This document shows positions 47,021-58,690 of a stretch of DNA of 63,565 nucleotides, one piece after another. Both the position numbers and the translations under genes were made by a program. The stretch lies in assembly GCF_001194135.2 (NCBI RefSeq), contig NC_068982.1, positions 161,370,132-161,433,696 of the forward strand, given 5' to 3'. The notes below the pieces were generated by a model that was not told the origin of the DNA, made no database searches, and saw only the letters and a program-made list of their open reading frames with translations. The DNA comes from Octopus bimaculoides (taxonomy: Eukaryota). Numbering within the stretch: the stretch's first letter is position 1; every line of letters begins with the position of its first letter.

Positions 47021-49149
47021 TTGAGAGGAAGAAGAGCAGCACTCAGGAGATGCTGTTAAGTTAGTCAGCAAATTAAGTTTGAAAGGAAGATGCAATCCTA
47101 GATACCCATAAAATAAATGGAGTAATCATCTATTGCTGAATTAGACTCTGCAGTTTTGTCTTATCTTAAAACTATTCATTGAGATGGAATGGGTAGTGGA
47201 AGGATGGTTCATAAAAGTTGTGAGATTTTAGTTTTCAATAGGAATCTATTTATATGATTCTCTTGGACTCACCAAATATCAAAACTATTGAATATATTTC
47301 ATAAGAATTCACTTTGATGGATTTTTCAGTGGAGTGAGGTATTTGTTATATATACAAAATATAATCATGGTAATTTCTTTTTTCTGTTATTATATCAGAA
47401 AATAAAGAATCTGTACAATTATTAATTAGATAAAGTAGTTATAGACCATATGTAACCAAACTGCACTTCACTTTCTTTACTTTCTTTCAGTTGTTCACTT
47501 TCAGTGTAATTTGAGACAAACCAACATCACTATTTCCATATATTATTTACAGTTCTTCCCTATCAGACTTATTCTCTGTTGCTAGACGACCTAGTTACAT
47601 AACATCTACAGACTTCTCATAAAATCAGTTTTAGACCAGGTGTGACTAACATTCTTCATGCAAAATAGGCTGCTGAAGTTTTTTTATCATAATTCATATT
47701 GATTGCTTTTGAGCGCCTTAATAGAAATAAAAGTTTGATATTTATCTTATTTTATCTTCCAGGGTATTTAAAATAGATTTGCCAGAAAAATTATATGAAG
47801 TAAATGTATATCTAAATATGATGTACATGTATATTTTAGAAATGCCATGTGACTTTGGTAATGAAATGTGTATTTAACACTCAGGCATGTGTAAAATGTT
47901 GTCATTGTCATATATCTGAAGGATACATGTCAGTTTTAAGCAAGTTTGCTTACCCCTTAGGTTCACTTATCATAAACAAAAAAATCTCAATGGAAACCAA
48001 ATGTTGAAATATAGTCATTGATAGTTGTTCCAAGATGGTGTCTTTGTATTTCTGAATACTCTTGGATGTTTTGCTGTGTTTTCACATGGTTTGAAGTTTT
48101 TTTTTCAAGTTCAACACCATTTTCATATCCTCAGTATAATATAGTTTAAGTTAGCTGTATGCATGTGTAAAGACAGATGAAAAATTTATTGGCTTGAACA
48201 GATTGTTAGAGTAGGAAGGAAATGAGTGAAACAGCTATATAACCATATAACCATTTTTGACTGTTCCTCGATGTTTTATCATTGCTTGTTGTATTGTTAT
48301 TCGCTGCTTTGTTTGTAGATTTGCCCCTCTTTGCCTCCCAACTCCACCAGTTTTCTTATTTTACCATGAACACTAACTTAGAAAGTCTTCTGACTTTCTT
48401 TCATTTATTTTGTATGTGATGTAAGCTGACACTACTATTGACACAACCAGGTTCCCTACTTACACCCTTTATATTTTCTTTACAGTTCTTCCTACCAGAA
48501 TTCTTCTCTTGCTAGACAGGCATAGTTACATAACTTCTAAGGTCTAGATGTTTTCAGCGTTATATCAACCAATTTTTTTCTTTTTTTTTTCTTTTTTTTT
48601 TTTTCCATCTATCTTTCTTCTCTTTGGCAATTCATGATAACATCTAGTATGCTTGAAATACAAAAATGTAAAAGAAGATAAATGTGAAGTAGATGTTTAT
48701 TATAGTTTATTTATCTAACCTGATTGTAGCCTTAATGTTGTTTAAATAGGTTTCTTTCTTGAATTAGAATTCTATATGTTCAAACTGAAAGTCATAATTG
48801 TACAAACAGTACTTTAAGTAAAACCATTTAAAGTCATCTTGTCTAGTATTTTATTTCACTAGAAAAAAACAAAACAAAAAAAAAATTGAATGTGCTATTA
48901 TACATTTTGACAATGCTGCCTATTTTCAGAGCTTGTTTTTCATTATTGAGAATGGAGCTGGGCATTAAGAACCTTGGAAAGTGAGCTTAAATCAGTATGG
49001 GTGACTTGATGAAGTGATTGCTTAACATAATTAACATAAAAGCTAAATCTCCTTCAACTCTTGCCCCACCATCATCTTTAAAAATGAAAGGCATTGGATA
49101 ATGTTGTTAGATAACGAATGTCTGCGAAAACGACAATTATGAGTGGAAT

Positions 49150-49440
49150 CTTTTGACCGCAAGTCTGTTCACTCAGGATGCTTATCCTGGAATTTAACAT
49201 CAACATCAGTCTCTTTGGTATCAGTATATCTCATAAGACCACAGATCTGCTCCTGGAAAATCTCTGTTGGTAAAGCACAGTGATTGTCCTCTTTGAGGTG
49301 GGCAAAGTCCTAGCTGGTTTCAACTCTACACCGAAATTGTCCATGGAAAGGGTAAGGGTTAATACATTTTGGCATCAATATTACAGGAGTTGCCAGGATG
49401 AAGATGATGGACTGTCTTAAGGATCCCAGCTTTTGATTTG
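49150..49440 (-). mobile_element. Possible old LINE RT relic
   Basis: Minus strand gives SCNIDAKMY* ... NQLGLCP, resembling SL..I.AK.YNR...NQ.GFRP. Weak. Confidence 0.3.
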
Positions 49441-49899
49441 TTGTTGATTAAATGTCAATACGGATATATTTTATAATGAACAAACATGATGCATACTATG
49501 CAAAAAGCATTTTGGATTGGTGGTAAAAAGTTCTTGGAGCAAAGATAGACCAAGGAAAGTGGAATACAAGTTCATCAGGGTTGTGATGATGCAGAAATAA
49601 GGTAACTTAAAGAAATAGTAAAACACATAATTGTCCAGATTGAAATTATAATAATATTTGTCAGGGAGCCACCTAATGGTCATTTGACCTGCTAGAAATA
49701 ACTGTTAAATCTTTCCTCTTAAAGAGTGAAAGATACATTAGGTAATGTAGTTCTTGAAGCTTTCTCTCTCTTCTACTTTCCTTGTCCTACTGGGGTGGCC
49801 TGTATCTCCTCTTTAGTAAAGACAACTATTTCTCCATTTATTATACTCTAACCTCTCGCCTGGCACACAGCCATTTCCCTCAGTTATACTCCCTCTCTC

Positions 49900-50142
49900 A
49901 ACTAAGAGGTCTTTGTCTTGCAAGTTACCTGGTGACCCTGTTAGTATTGGTGCCACATAAAAAGCACTTGTGCCTATGTCACATAAAAAGCACCCAGTAT
50001 ACTCTGTAAAGTGATTGATATTAGGAAGGGTATCCATGTCAAAACAGATAATTGGAGCCTGGTGCAGCTCTCCAGCTTGCCAGCCCTGGTCAAACTGTCC
50101 AACCCATGCCAGCATGGCAAGCAGACATTAAATGATGATGAT
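49900..50142 (+). mobile_element. RTE-type tail fragment
   Basis: GTCTTGCAAGTTACCTGGTGACC ... CCAACCCATGCCAGCATGG ... (GAT)n. Confidence 0.78.
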
Positions 50143-50404
50143 AAGAAGAAGACAGGATGGCCAAGACTGAAATGCTTTTGATCAACAGTGTGCTCAGTTA
50201 ATTCTGACCTCAGGTTAAACAACAGCAACAAATTTAAAGAAAGTGAGAAACTTGCAGCAACCTGAATTCACAAACACAGCTGGGAAGAGAACAGTGATAT
50301 TTTCTTCCCTGCTATGTTTGTAAATTTAGCTTTGCTGAATGCTTCTCGCTTTCTCTAAATCTATGATTGTAAATAAACATTGAATGATATTTCTTCTATT
50401 TCAG

Positions 50405-50591
50405 ATAAATACCCACTGTCTTCAAACCCCACAGCATGTGCATGGCAACCAGGTGAGAAACATAAAGTTGCTGTGGGAGATGAGGATGGTCGTATCATAG
50501 TTAAAGATGTTCGTAAACTACAAGACATGCCAGTTTCTTCATATAAACCTCATTACCGACCAGTACATAGATTGCAGTTTTCACCTCAAAA
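50405..50591 (+). CDS. WDR77: WDR77/MEP50 exon: DKYPLSSNPTACAWQPGEKHKVAVGDEDGRIIVKDVRKLQDMPVSSYKPHYRPVHRLQFSPQ
   Basis: ttcAG at 50403-50404, GTAAGT donor at 50592; 187 nt. Overlaps ORF 50380..50595. Corresponds to MEP50 LAWHP...GDENG...HSQCVTGLVFSP. Confidence 0.93.
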
Positions 50592-50638
50592 GTAAGTATC
50601 AGCCATAGTACTTTTTTTTAAAAAAACATAAACAAACA

Positions 50639-50811
50639 GGCACAGTCGTGGCTGTGTGGTAAGAAGCTTCCTTCCCAGCCACATGTTTTGGGGTTCAGTC
50701 CCACTGCATGGCACCTTGGGCAAATTTCTTTTGCTATGGCCTCGGGCCAACGAAAGCCTTGTCTGTGGATTTGGTAGATGGAAACTGAAAGAAACCCATC
50801 ACATATCTATG

Positions 50812-50876
<65 letters not shown>

Positions 50877-51072
50877 TTGTGGCTGTGTTTGTTCCCCACT
50901 ATTTGACAACCAGTATTGGTGTCTTTACGTCCCCGTAACTTAGCAGTTCAGCAAAAGCAACTAATAGAATAAGTACAGGCTATAAAAATAAGTACTGGGG
51001 TCGATACATTGAACTAAAAATTCTTCTAGGCAGTGCCCTAGCATGACCACAGTCTAATGGCTGAAACAAAAG
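50639..51072 (+). mobile_element. Full-length CORE-like SINE in the 982-bp WDR77 intron
   Basis: Same family, with a long internal (TA)n. Candidate TSD ATAAACAAA at 50628-50636 and 51073-51081. Confidence 0.85.
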
Positions 51073-51573
51073 ATAAACAAAACTACTATCCTATCTGTAA
51101 TAATAAATGCCAGTTTCTGTCACATACAGCTGATACATTAAGACCCTGGAGGCCCAAAAATCCTTTTGGTCTCCAAGTGATATAGGATTACACTCAGAAA
51201 TTCTCCAATGAACCAATACCAGTAAGCATTTCATCCACTCTCTGCAGACATAACTGAAATGACTTGTAGTGTGCATGTCTGATCTCTTGTCTTCCCATAG
51301 GATATTTCACAACCGGCTACATTATGATATTATTGCCTGGCAGGAGGAGCGAGAAATAGTTCAATGATCAGTTGAAAACCTATTTAAAAAAAGAACATCA
51401 ACCCTTCAGGAGTAGAAGACATTGCTACCTGCTGTTTGTTGACATTGGTAACATTATTACTGGGGAGGGATTGAAGAAAATGGTGTCTATATTTGTATGT
51501 TGTGTGTGTGAGAGAGAGAGAGAGAGAGTAAATTTCATTTTTCCAAACCTAATATTTTACTTTTCTTTTCCAG

Positions 51574-51651
51574 CTCTAACATAATTGCTTCTATATCAGA
51601 AGATTGCAGTCTAGTTGTTGGTTATGTTGCTGAAAATTCCATTTGTCAGAT
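51574..51651 (+). CDS. WDR77: WDR77/MEP50 exon: NSNIIASISEDCSLVVGYVAENSICQ
   Basis: Polypyrimidine tract plus cAG at 51572-51573; GTAAGT donor at 51652; 78 nt. ASISEDCSLVV matches MEP50 ASLSEDCSLAV. Confidence 0.93.
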
Positions 51652-52979
51652 GTAAGTATAATACGAGACAACAATCCTGGTTGTGATTAGCCTGAAGGTC
51701 TATTCCATTTGAGGATAATCCTTTCAATGAGGATTTGTAAATTATTATTCTTAGCAGATTATATTTATGTGCAGCAGTGACACTTTTCATTGTCAGTATA
51801 GTGTAAATCTGGTTTTCTGTGTTTAATGTCAACTATATACTGACACACATATCCACCTATCCTCCAACAGTAAATCTGCAATACTATTTAAAAAAAAAAA
51901 TTCCATTAATCTCCCTGGATTACTTCAGAATTTTCAAGAGGATAGAGATAAAATGTGACTCATTTACTTCTGTGGTTAATAACTTATTTAATAAATTGAT
52001 GCTGAGTATTTAAGTGTGGTAGTGTCTCACAGTAAATTACTATCATGTTATTTACTGAAGCTGTAATTAATGAAAAAAAAAGAAAATCCTGATGAAGTCA
52101 GTCTGTTCTTTGAAAGTAACTGAAGGATATATAGAGAAGTCAGTAGTCAGTACATGCTAGGATGGGACTGGATAAGATGTAATTGATAGACCTTTCTGTA
52201 GGCTACTCATTGTTAAATGCAAATGAATGGTTCTTGGGAGCTATTCACACTGTAAATTAGATCAGTATTGGTAGTAAATTCATTGAAGAATTTAATGTAC
52301 AGCTAGGTGTTCACCAGGACGATGTTTGCTAATCCTTTCCATCTTCAAATAAACAAAAGAATGTCCAATTAGTCATCCTTGGAAATGTTTATGTACTGAC
52401 AGCCTAGTCTGTAATCTACCAAAGGTCCCAGTAGTGTTTGGACTCTAATGATGCAATTTCTATATGTATGTGTTCATTTACCAATGAACATGTGCATATA
52501 GAAATGTCTGGGCTGAGTGGAAGAGAGAATATTCTTGGAATGTATCAGTCATATTCTGGGGTATGTGGGGTGGGGTGCATGCTGTTAAGAAGTTTATTCC
52601 CAACCACGTGGTTTTCAGTTCAGTTTCATTACATGGCACTTTTGGCAAGTGTCTTCTACTCTAGCCCCAGGTTAACCAAAGCTTATGGGGAGAATTTGGT
52701 AGACAATAACTGAAATAAGCCTTTGTGTGTGTGTGTGTGTGTGCCTATTTGAGCCTGTGTTTGTTCACACAGTTACACACTACAAAAGTTGCAGGCTGCA
52801 AACAGTGTTATTGTTACTTCTGCCAACACATTGACCATTGACTTCACACATTTGAAAACATGTAAAATAAGAGATCCTTTACTTTGATAAAAGGTTAGTG
52901 ACAGTAAAGGTGTCAGGCTGTAAAAACAATGCCTCAGTAATATACTCATCTAACAAACAAAACGTGGTTGTCTTTGGAG

Positions 52980-53650
52980 GTGATTGGGCGTGTAGTGGCA
53001 GGGGCTCTTGAGATTGTATTTTCCTGCAGTAACAACTGTACTCCTTCATTTGTCCAAGTAGTCTTTCATTCTTAGCATTTTCGTTCTGTATGGAACTTGT
53101 GGTGATATGAAGTGCACCATCTTGTATTCTTTCTTATTTGTTGTGATGTACTGACAGAATATGGTGCCTGAGTATGCTGAGTATGTTTGTTTGTCTTTTT
53201 GTTTTCTTTATTACAAACTACCATAAATGTTGCTAAGGTGTTGTAAGGAACTCTTTGTATTTTCTCTTCTGTATGTGTGGTATGTTTTATGCTGTTGAAT
53301 TGGTTGTATTTTAGGTTCTGGTGATGTTGATAAAATAGCTAAGCCTTTTGGTTGGTACTACTAATATTCTTTTGTCTTGGAGTCAGATTTCTTGGTGGTT
53401 GATGTAGGAATGGAGAAGTTGGGCAGGTGTCTACTAGGAGTGGTGAGAAAATGAGAGAATGTTACAGATTGCATAAGGCTGTGTGCATGTTTTGAGACTG
53501 TTTGAGAAAATTGTGTAAGTACTAATTAAAAAGAATGGTTATGAAAACAGATCTTTGTGGTATTCTAAAAAAAATTGCAGATTCTAGGTGTGTCAGCCCC
53601 ACAAGTAGTTTGAGAGCTAGCATTTTGTGTTTTTTCGGGTATTGAGTATT
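52980..53650 (-). mobile_element. Possible decayed Penelope-like (GIY-YIG) fragment
   Basis: Minus-strand pieces HLPNFSIPTSTTKKS and GTIFCQYITTNKKEYKM..ITTSSIQ resemble PLE C-terminal segments (SYSC.PN...IISSHNKK; .IY.ATVTT..K.Y.YIG.T.T.FK.R). Frames are broken. Confidence 0.4.
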
Positions 53651-53846
53651 TCCTGGAAATAGGTAGCAAAGTATAGAATCAAAAGTTTTACATATATCAG
53701 TGATAGTTACAATAATGTGGTTTGGGAAGTGGCAGAGAGATGCAAAATAGAAATTGATGTAAAAGGAGATAACTTGGTTAGATATAAATATTGCAAGGTA
53801 TTTCTGTTCAAATGTACTGGTTTTTGTTTACTCTCAGTTGACTTAA

Positions 53847-54050
53847 CCCTTTAACATTCGGATTATTCTGTCAAATGTAATGTTTATCTATTCACATTGT
53901 TTTGAATTAATCATGCATTGTCTTGTTCAATATTTCAATGATGTGATTGGTTATTCTTAGAATTGGACTGTTAGTTAAGTGTAAGAGACCTGATCTCACC
54001 AGTTTGAGCATAAAAATAAGAATATTTTTGCCAGTGTAAATATTAAAGGG
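53847..54050 (+). mobile_element. piggyBac-type MITE, copy 4
   Basis: TTAA (53843-53846) CCCTTTAACATT ... AATATTAAAGGG TTAA (54051-54054). Confidence 0.75.
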
Positions 54051-54064
54051 TTAAACAAGGCAGA

Positions 54065-54212
54065 CCGTTTCAGTCTACCAAATTTCGCTTTCAAAGCATT
54101 GGTCAATTTAGAGTTATGGGAGAAAACACTTGCTCATGATGCCATGCATGGGATTAAAACCTGGACTATATGGTTGCAAAGCAACGTTCTTAACCACACA
54201 GCTATGCCTGTG
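54065..54212 (-). mobile_element. CORE-like SINE 5' remnant (similar minus-strand remnants at about 8595-8750, 42060-42205 and 62325-62465)
   Basis: TTTCAGTCTACCAAATT ... ACACTTGCTCATGATGCCATGC ... TTCTTAACCACACAGC is the reverse complement of the SINE head and core. Confidence 0.6.
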
Positions 54213-55204
54213 TAATGTGTGTGTGTGTGTGGTCGGTCAGTCTGGATCCTTATGCTTCAAATAGTGGGATTGTACAGGTTGCTGTTAGTTCTTTCTGTTG
54301 CTTTTATTGTTCTTACTTTCTGAGATGATCCTCATAGACAATTGAACTTGTGATTCACGGCATTCACAAAATGTTAAGTATTCACTTAACTAATTCACTT
54401 TCTATACCCTAACTTGAGAGAGAGGAAGAGATTTTGAGGAGGTGATTGTGGTAATCTCCAATAAGATCTTGATGTTACAACAAGGAATGGAGATGTTTGA
54501 TTTTTATCTTCTTGCAATATGGCTAGATATTACATCTCTCATCTTGTCAAAGAAGACAGTGATTCTCCATATTAACCTTCTAAAGCTGTATACTTAAAAA
54601 GTTTGCTTCACAACCTTTAGTCCCACTCTGTAGTAACCATAGCATGTGGTCAATTCAAGCTTTGCAAGTGAAACTAAAACTATGTGACAGCACAGTTTTC
54701 TCCGTGGTAAACCTAATCTACCTGGTTTAACACACCATCACCACTACCGTCACTCTGCCCCTGGTGGTTTTAGTAGGGTCTACTTTGTTGCAAGCATTAG
54801 GACCATGTCTCTAATCAACTATTTTAATACTTTCCTGAGCTACAACAATCCATCAGTCATAGTTTCTTCTTTTTGTTTCTTCATGCCAGTTTTGGACACA
54901 TTGCAAAAGTTCAAAAACATCAACATTCCTTGGCAAGTAACTGTGATTAAAAAAAAAAAAATTATCAGAATACAAAACTAATTGGAAAAATCCTGCTGAA
55001 CTATTGATAGATTTAATTATAATATATTTGTAGTTTAGCATTCTAGTCCCTCATTAGTGTATTTACCTGCTTGAAACTCACTTGGATGGATGAAACCCCC
55101 ACCCACCCAAGTAAAATATTAGGTAATTATGAATCCTCTCTGCTCCCCTCATACTTTATCTTTCACCACCTTGTTTTAAGCATCCTATCTTCTTGCATAT
55201 TTGA

Positions 55205-55435
55205 AAGGTCTCTCTAGTCTTGCAAGGTACATGGCAACTTCATTAGTGTTGGGGCCACATAAAAAGCATCTAGTACCCTCTGTAAAGTGGTTACCCTTAA
55301 AAAGGGTATCCAGCTGTAGAAATCATGCTGAAACTATAACACTGGAGCAAGACTTGCTACTCTCTGATCCCTTGTTTCCTATTAAAACAACCAATCTGCA
55401 ACTAGCATGGCAAGCAAATGTAAAATGATAATGAT
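55205..55435 (+). mobile_element. RTE-type tail fragment
   Basis: Same motif order as 49900-50142, more diverged. Confidence 0.65.
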
Positions 55436-55737
55436 TAAGTTTCTGGTTAGTAATGATAAACAAATGTTTTGGTTTGTAGCTAAATGTTATTGTTGGGAAC
55501 AGACATTACTATGTGGTCTGAAATATTTTCATACATTGTGGTAACTATTTATATAGTTGTTCATTAAGAAGTTGGTGATTTGCCAAATAACTTAAAAGGA
55601 AAAGTAATTTACATTGCTTCCAGCATTTTTCTGAAAGGATTTTAATGATGAAAAAAAGTCTTCGAATAGTTTTATTAAATATTAATAAATTTGAATAGTT
55701 TTATTAAATATTGATAATTTTTTTTTTTTTATTTCAG

Positions 55738-55990
55738 CTTCAAAAATACTTCACATCAAGATTTTGTGCAAGGTCTGTCTTGGAGTTGCGGTACAGAAAT
55801 TTTTACATGCGGTTGGGATTCACTGGTATTAACTCATGATCTTAGTAAACTAAAGGAATTACAACAGATTAGTACTCTGAAAGTAGAAGTGAATGGAAAT
55901 AATCAATTGAAAACTGAACGGTTTGAGAAAACTGAATGTTGTGAAGAAAAAATCTCTGTTTTAGCTCCAAATGCCATTGAAGCTAATTAG
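55738..55990 (+). CDS. WDR77: WDR77/MEP50 last coding exon: IFKNTSHQDFVQGLSWSCGTEIFTCGWDSLVLTHDL plus a 48-aa tail, TAG stop
   Basis: Poly-T tract plus tttcAG at 55736-55737; in frame with the previous exon. HQDFVQGLSW...TCGWD matches MEP50 HRDFVRDATW...TVGWD. Stop at 55988-55990. Confidence 0.93.
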
Positions 55991-56422
55991 AACAAAATCT
56001 ATGGAGCACACAGTGTAAGAGAAGATAATCAGAGCAGGCAGAACAATAGAGTTCGGCAGTTATTAACAGACAGAACTACTAGCTCATAAGTATTAGCTGG
56101 TCTCATTACGAACGATCTCTACACATCAATGAAAGGGAACACAAATCTTTTCCCTTCCCATTTATGTAAATCAACCTAGTACCAATGAGCACAGGTCCAG
56201 TCCAGTCCTCGGCTTATTACTTTTATGAAAACTGATAAACTTGGGATAAACATGTCTCTGTCTTTTTATTTCCTCTACTAATCTGCACATTTTATATTTC
56301 CATTTCAGTTTTAATACCTTTTGGTTATATAAAAAAAAAGTGTAATATTATACTGCCTCTCAATGTTGGTTTGTGTGAATACTCCAGATTTTGCTTCTTT
56401 CTAACGAAATATGGAGCTGGGA

Positions 56423-56542
56423 AATAAAAATTCACATATCACATTTTATTTATTGGTATTTTCTTTATTTTTTCATAAATATTGTTTAAACTTAAGTATT
56501 ACTCCAGTAAGGCCAGAGCCATAGTGGTTTGGTTCAAATAAA
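56423..56542 (+). promoter_or_regulatory. Candidate polyadenylation signals of WDR77
   Basis: AATAAA at 56423-56428 and 56537-56542, 430-550 nt after the stop. AATAAA is common in AT-rich DNA, so support is weak. Confidence 0.3.
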
Positions 56543-56783
56543 GTTAAATGCATGTAGTCAAGAAAACACTAATGAAACAGACATATTAAAGATGTATTCA
56601 GACAGTAGAGCTAAATTTATAATATCAAATATGGCTTCTTTTTCTTGAAGATGGTTGTCTGGTTTGAGATTTGGCTGCTGTTTCTAACAGGTTAAGTGAC
56701 TATGAAGAAACTCTCTCATTGGCTTGTATGTATTATAGTTTCGCTTTTAAAAACATTTACAGATTAGTCTGTTTGATTCTTAA

Positions 56784-56943
56784 CCCTTTAGCATTCACAT
56801 AATTCTGTCAACAAAAGTAATGCTTATTTATTTACATTGTTTTGAATTATGCATTATTTTGTAACTTTGAGAGTTTGTATGCAGTAACTTGATTTTTAGA
56901 ATGATAATGTAGGGTTGGTGTGAGAAGCCAGATCTGACCAGTT
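56784..56943 (+). mobile_element. piggyBac-type MITE, copy 5 (right end not clear)
   Basis: TTAA (56780-56783) CCCTTTAGCATT followed by about 160 nt matching copies 2 and 4. Confidence 0.65.
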
Positions 56944-57515
56944 GATTTATAATTTCCATTAATTATCCTACTGCCTTGTGTGTGTCTAGAGGACTCTCAT
57001 ACCATTTTGATATTTAAAGGGTAAATTCTGCTTAAAAACCGTTTATTTTTCTTACACATTTTATATTGCAGTTGGGAAACCATAGTGTTATTGGTAACAG
57101 ATTTTCCAACAGAGCAACTATCACAACGGAATTTATTTGAAAACACTAGTTTTTTGTAGTTTACCCAATATTTATAGTCTTCAGTAATATACGTTGGTAA
57201 AAGGCCAGCATGATTTCATCCATGCCATCATTATCTGTCCATTTTCAGCTAGCATATGTTTCACAAGTCTTATCTAGTGCACACACACCTGCATGGCTGT
57301 GTGATTGCAGAGTTCACTTTATAACAACATGGTTCACGTTCCATTACACTGCATGTTACTATTGAGCAAGGCTACTATAGCCTTGGGCTAACTAGTATTT
57401 TGTGACTGTACTTGGCAGGTGGAAACTGTATGGGAGTCTGCCATATAATGTATGACTTTGTGTTTACATGCATGCACGTCTTTACATTGACACCATTTGG
57501 ACAATGGTGATATGT

Positions 57516-58320
57516 TTACATTTTCCATTGACAATACATCTTGTAACTCAGCTGCATGAGTTCATATGTGATTGATCCCCTGTTGGAGACTGTTAAGTAA
57601 ATATTCTTTGGGACCTTGATTTTAGGCACATTTTTCAAACCTTTAAGGATAATCATTGTTTTCGGCATCTTTTCTGCAGCATTAACACACAACACAGCAG
57701 TAAAGCGAGCTTTGGTAGCACCACAGTGGCTAGCAGCTACATTTTTATTGCCAACAAAGTCTATGGTTGTTGAACACATGTCAATGTATACAGGTGTTTC
57801 ATCTTTATCTGCTGTTAATACTAGAATGCTATCTAGATAGTCACTGGCGATTTGTGCCTTTTCTCCAAGTGTTTTATTGTCTGCTTGACCAACATGTGTA
57901 ATCTTTCTCACTGTCAGTTTATTCTGTTTCGTGAAATTGAAAATCCATTTATCAGAACATCTAAAGCTGTTCATTTCAATTCCGAGCCTTTTTACCAATT
58001 CTAAAGTATATTCCCGTAAAGGGCGATAATTTACAATTATATTGTTTGCACGCTGAACAACAATCCAGTGTAAGAGTTCAATCTCTAGATTTCTATGTGC
58101 TGGTCGTCTTCCTCCACCAATTGATCTGTTCCTCCTCTTGTCTGACATTGATTAACTCAGTTTCTTTTGTGCATCATTCTCTCAATCATTTTCTATCAAT
58201 ACCTAAGTCTCTTGACGCAGCAGATAAATTGCCAGAATGTTTTTTCACTCATTTAATAGCACTCAATTTTTCATTAATGGTATATGATCGTTGAATACGT
58301 TTTGATTTTCTTTCGACTCC
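57516..58320 (-). pseudogene. Decayed pogo-family (Tc1/mariner superfamily) transposase: Brinker-like DBD, CENP-B-type HTH and the start of the DDE domain
   Basis: ORF 57516..58148 has GGGRRP..LE.ELLHWI..QR, FRCSDKWIFNF.KQNKLTVRKITHVGQ, DETPVYIDM and RFTAVLCVNA...KTMIILKG. An upstream frame gives RSYTINEKLSAIK*VKKHSGNLSAASRDLGIDRK*LRE*. One frameshift near 58150; truncated before the second catalytic Asp. Confidence 0.85.
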
Positions 58321-58327
58321 ATTATTG

Positions 58328-58690
58328 GGAGTGGCTGTGTAGTAAGTAGCTTGCTTACCAACCACATGGTTCCGGGTTCAGTCCCACTGCATGGCACCTT
58401 GGGCAAGTGTCTTCTACTATAGCCTCGGGCCAACCAAAGCCTTGTGAGTGGATTTGGTAGACGGAAACTGAAAGAAGCCCGTCGTATATATGTGTCTGTG
58501 TTTGTCCCCCCAACATCGCTTGACAACCGATGCTGGTGTGTTTACGTCCCCGTAACTTAGCGGTTCAGCAAAAGAGACCGATAGAATAAGTACTAGGCTT
58601 ACAAAGAATAAGTCCTGGGGTCGATTTGCTCAACTAAAGGCAGTGCTCCAGCATGGCCGCAGTCAAATGACTGAAACAAGTAAAAGAGTA
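58328..58690 (+). mobile_element. Young CORE-like SINE abutting the 5' end of the pogo coding region
   Basis: Same family; complete body and tail CAAGTAAAAGAGTA. Confidence 0.87.

Noticed and set aside
55664-55720. 29-bp tandem duplication just upstream of the last acceptor
   Set aside because: Simple AT-rich slippage duplication; the splice site is intact.
57516-58148. Intact domesticated POGK/TIGD-like gene
   Set aside because: Upstream DBD is disrupted and the DDE domain is truncated; kept only as a fossil with a minor caveat.
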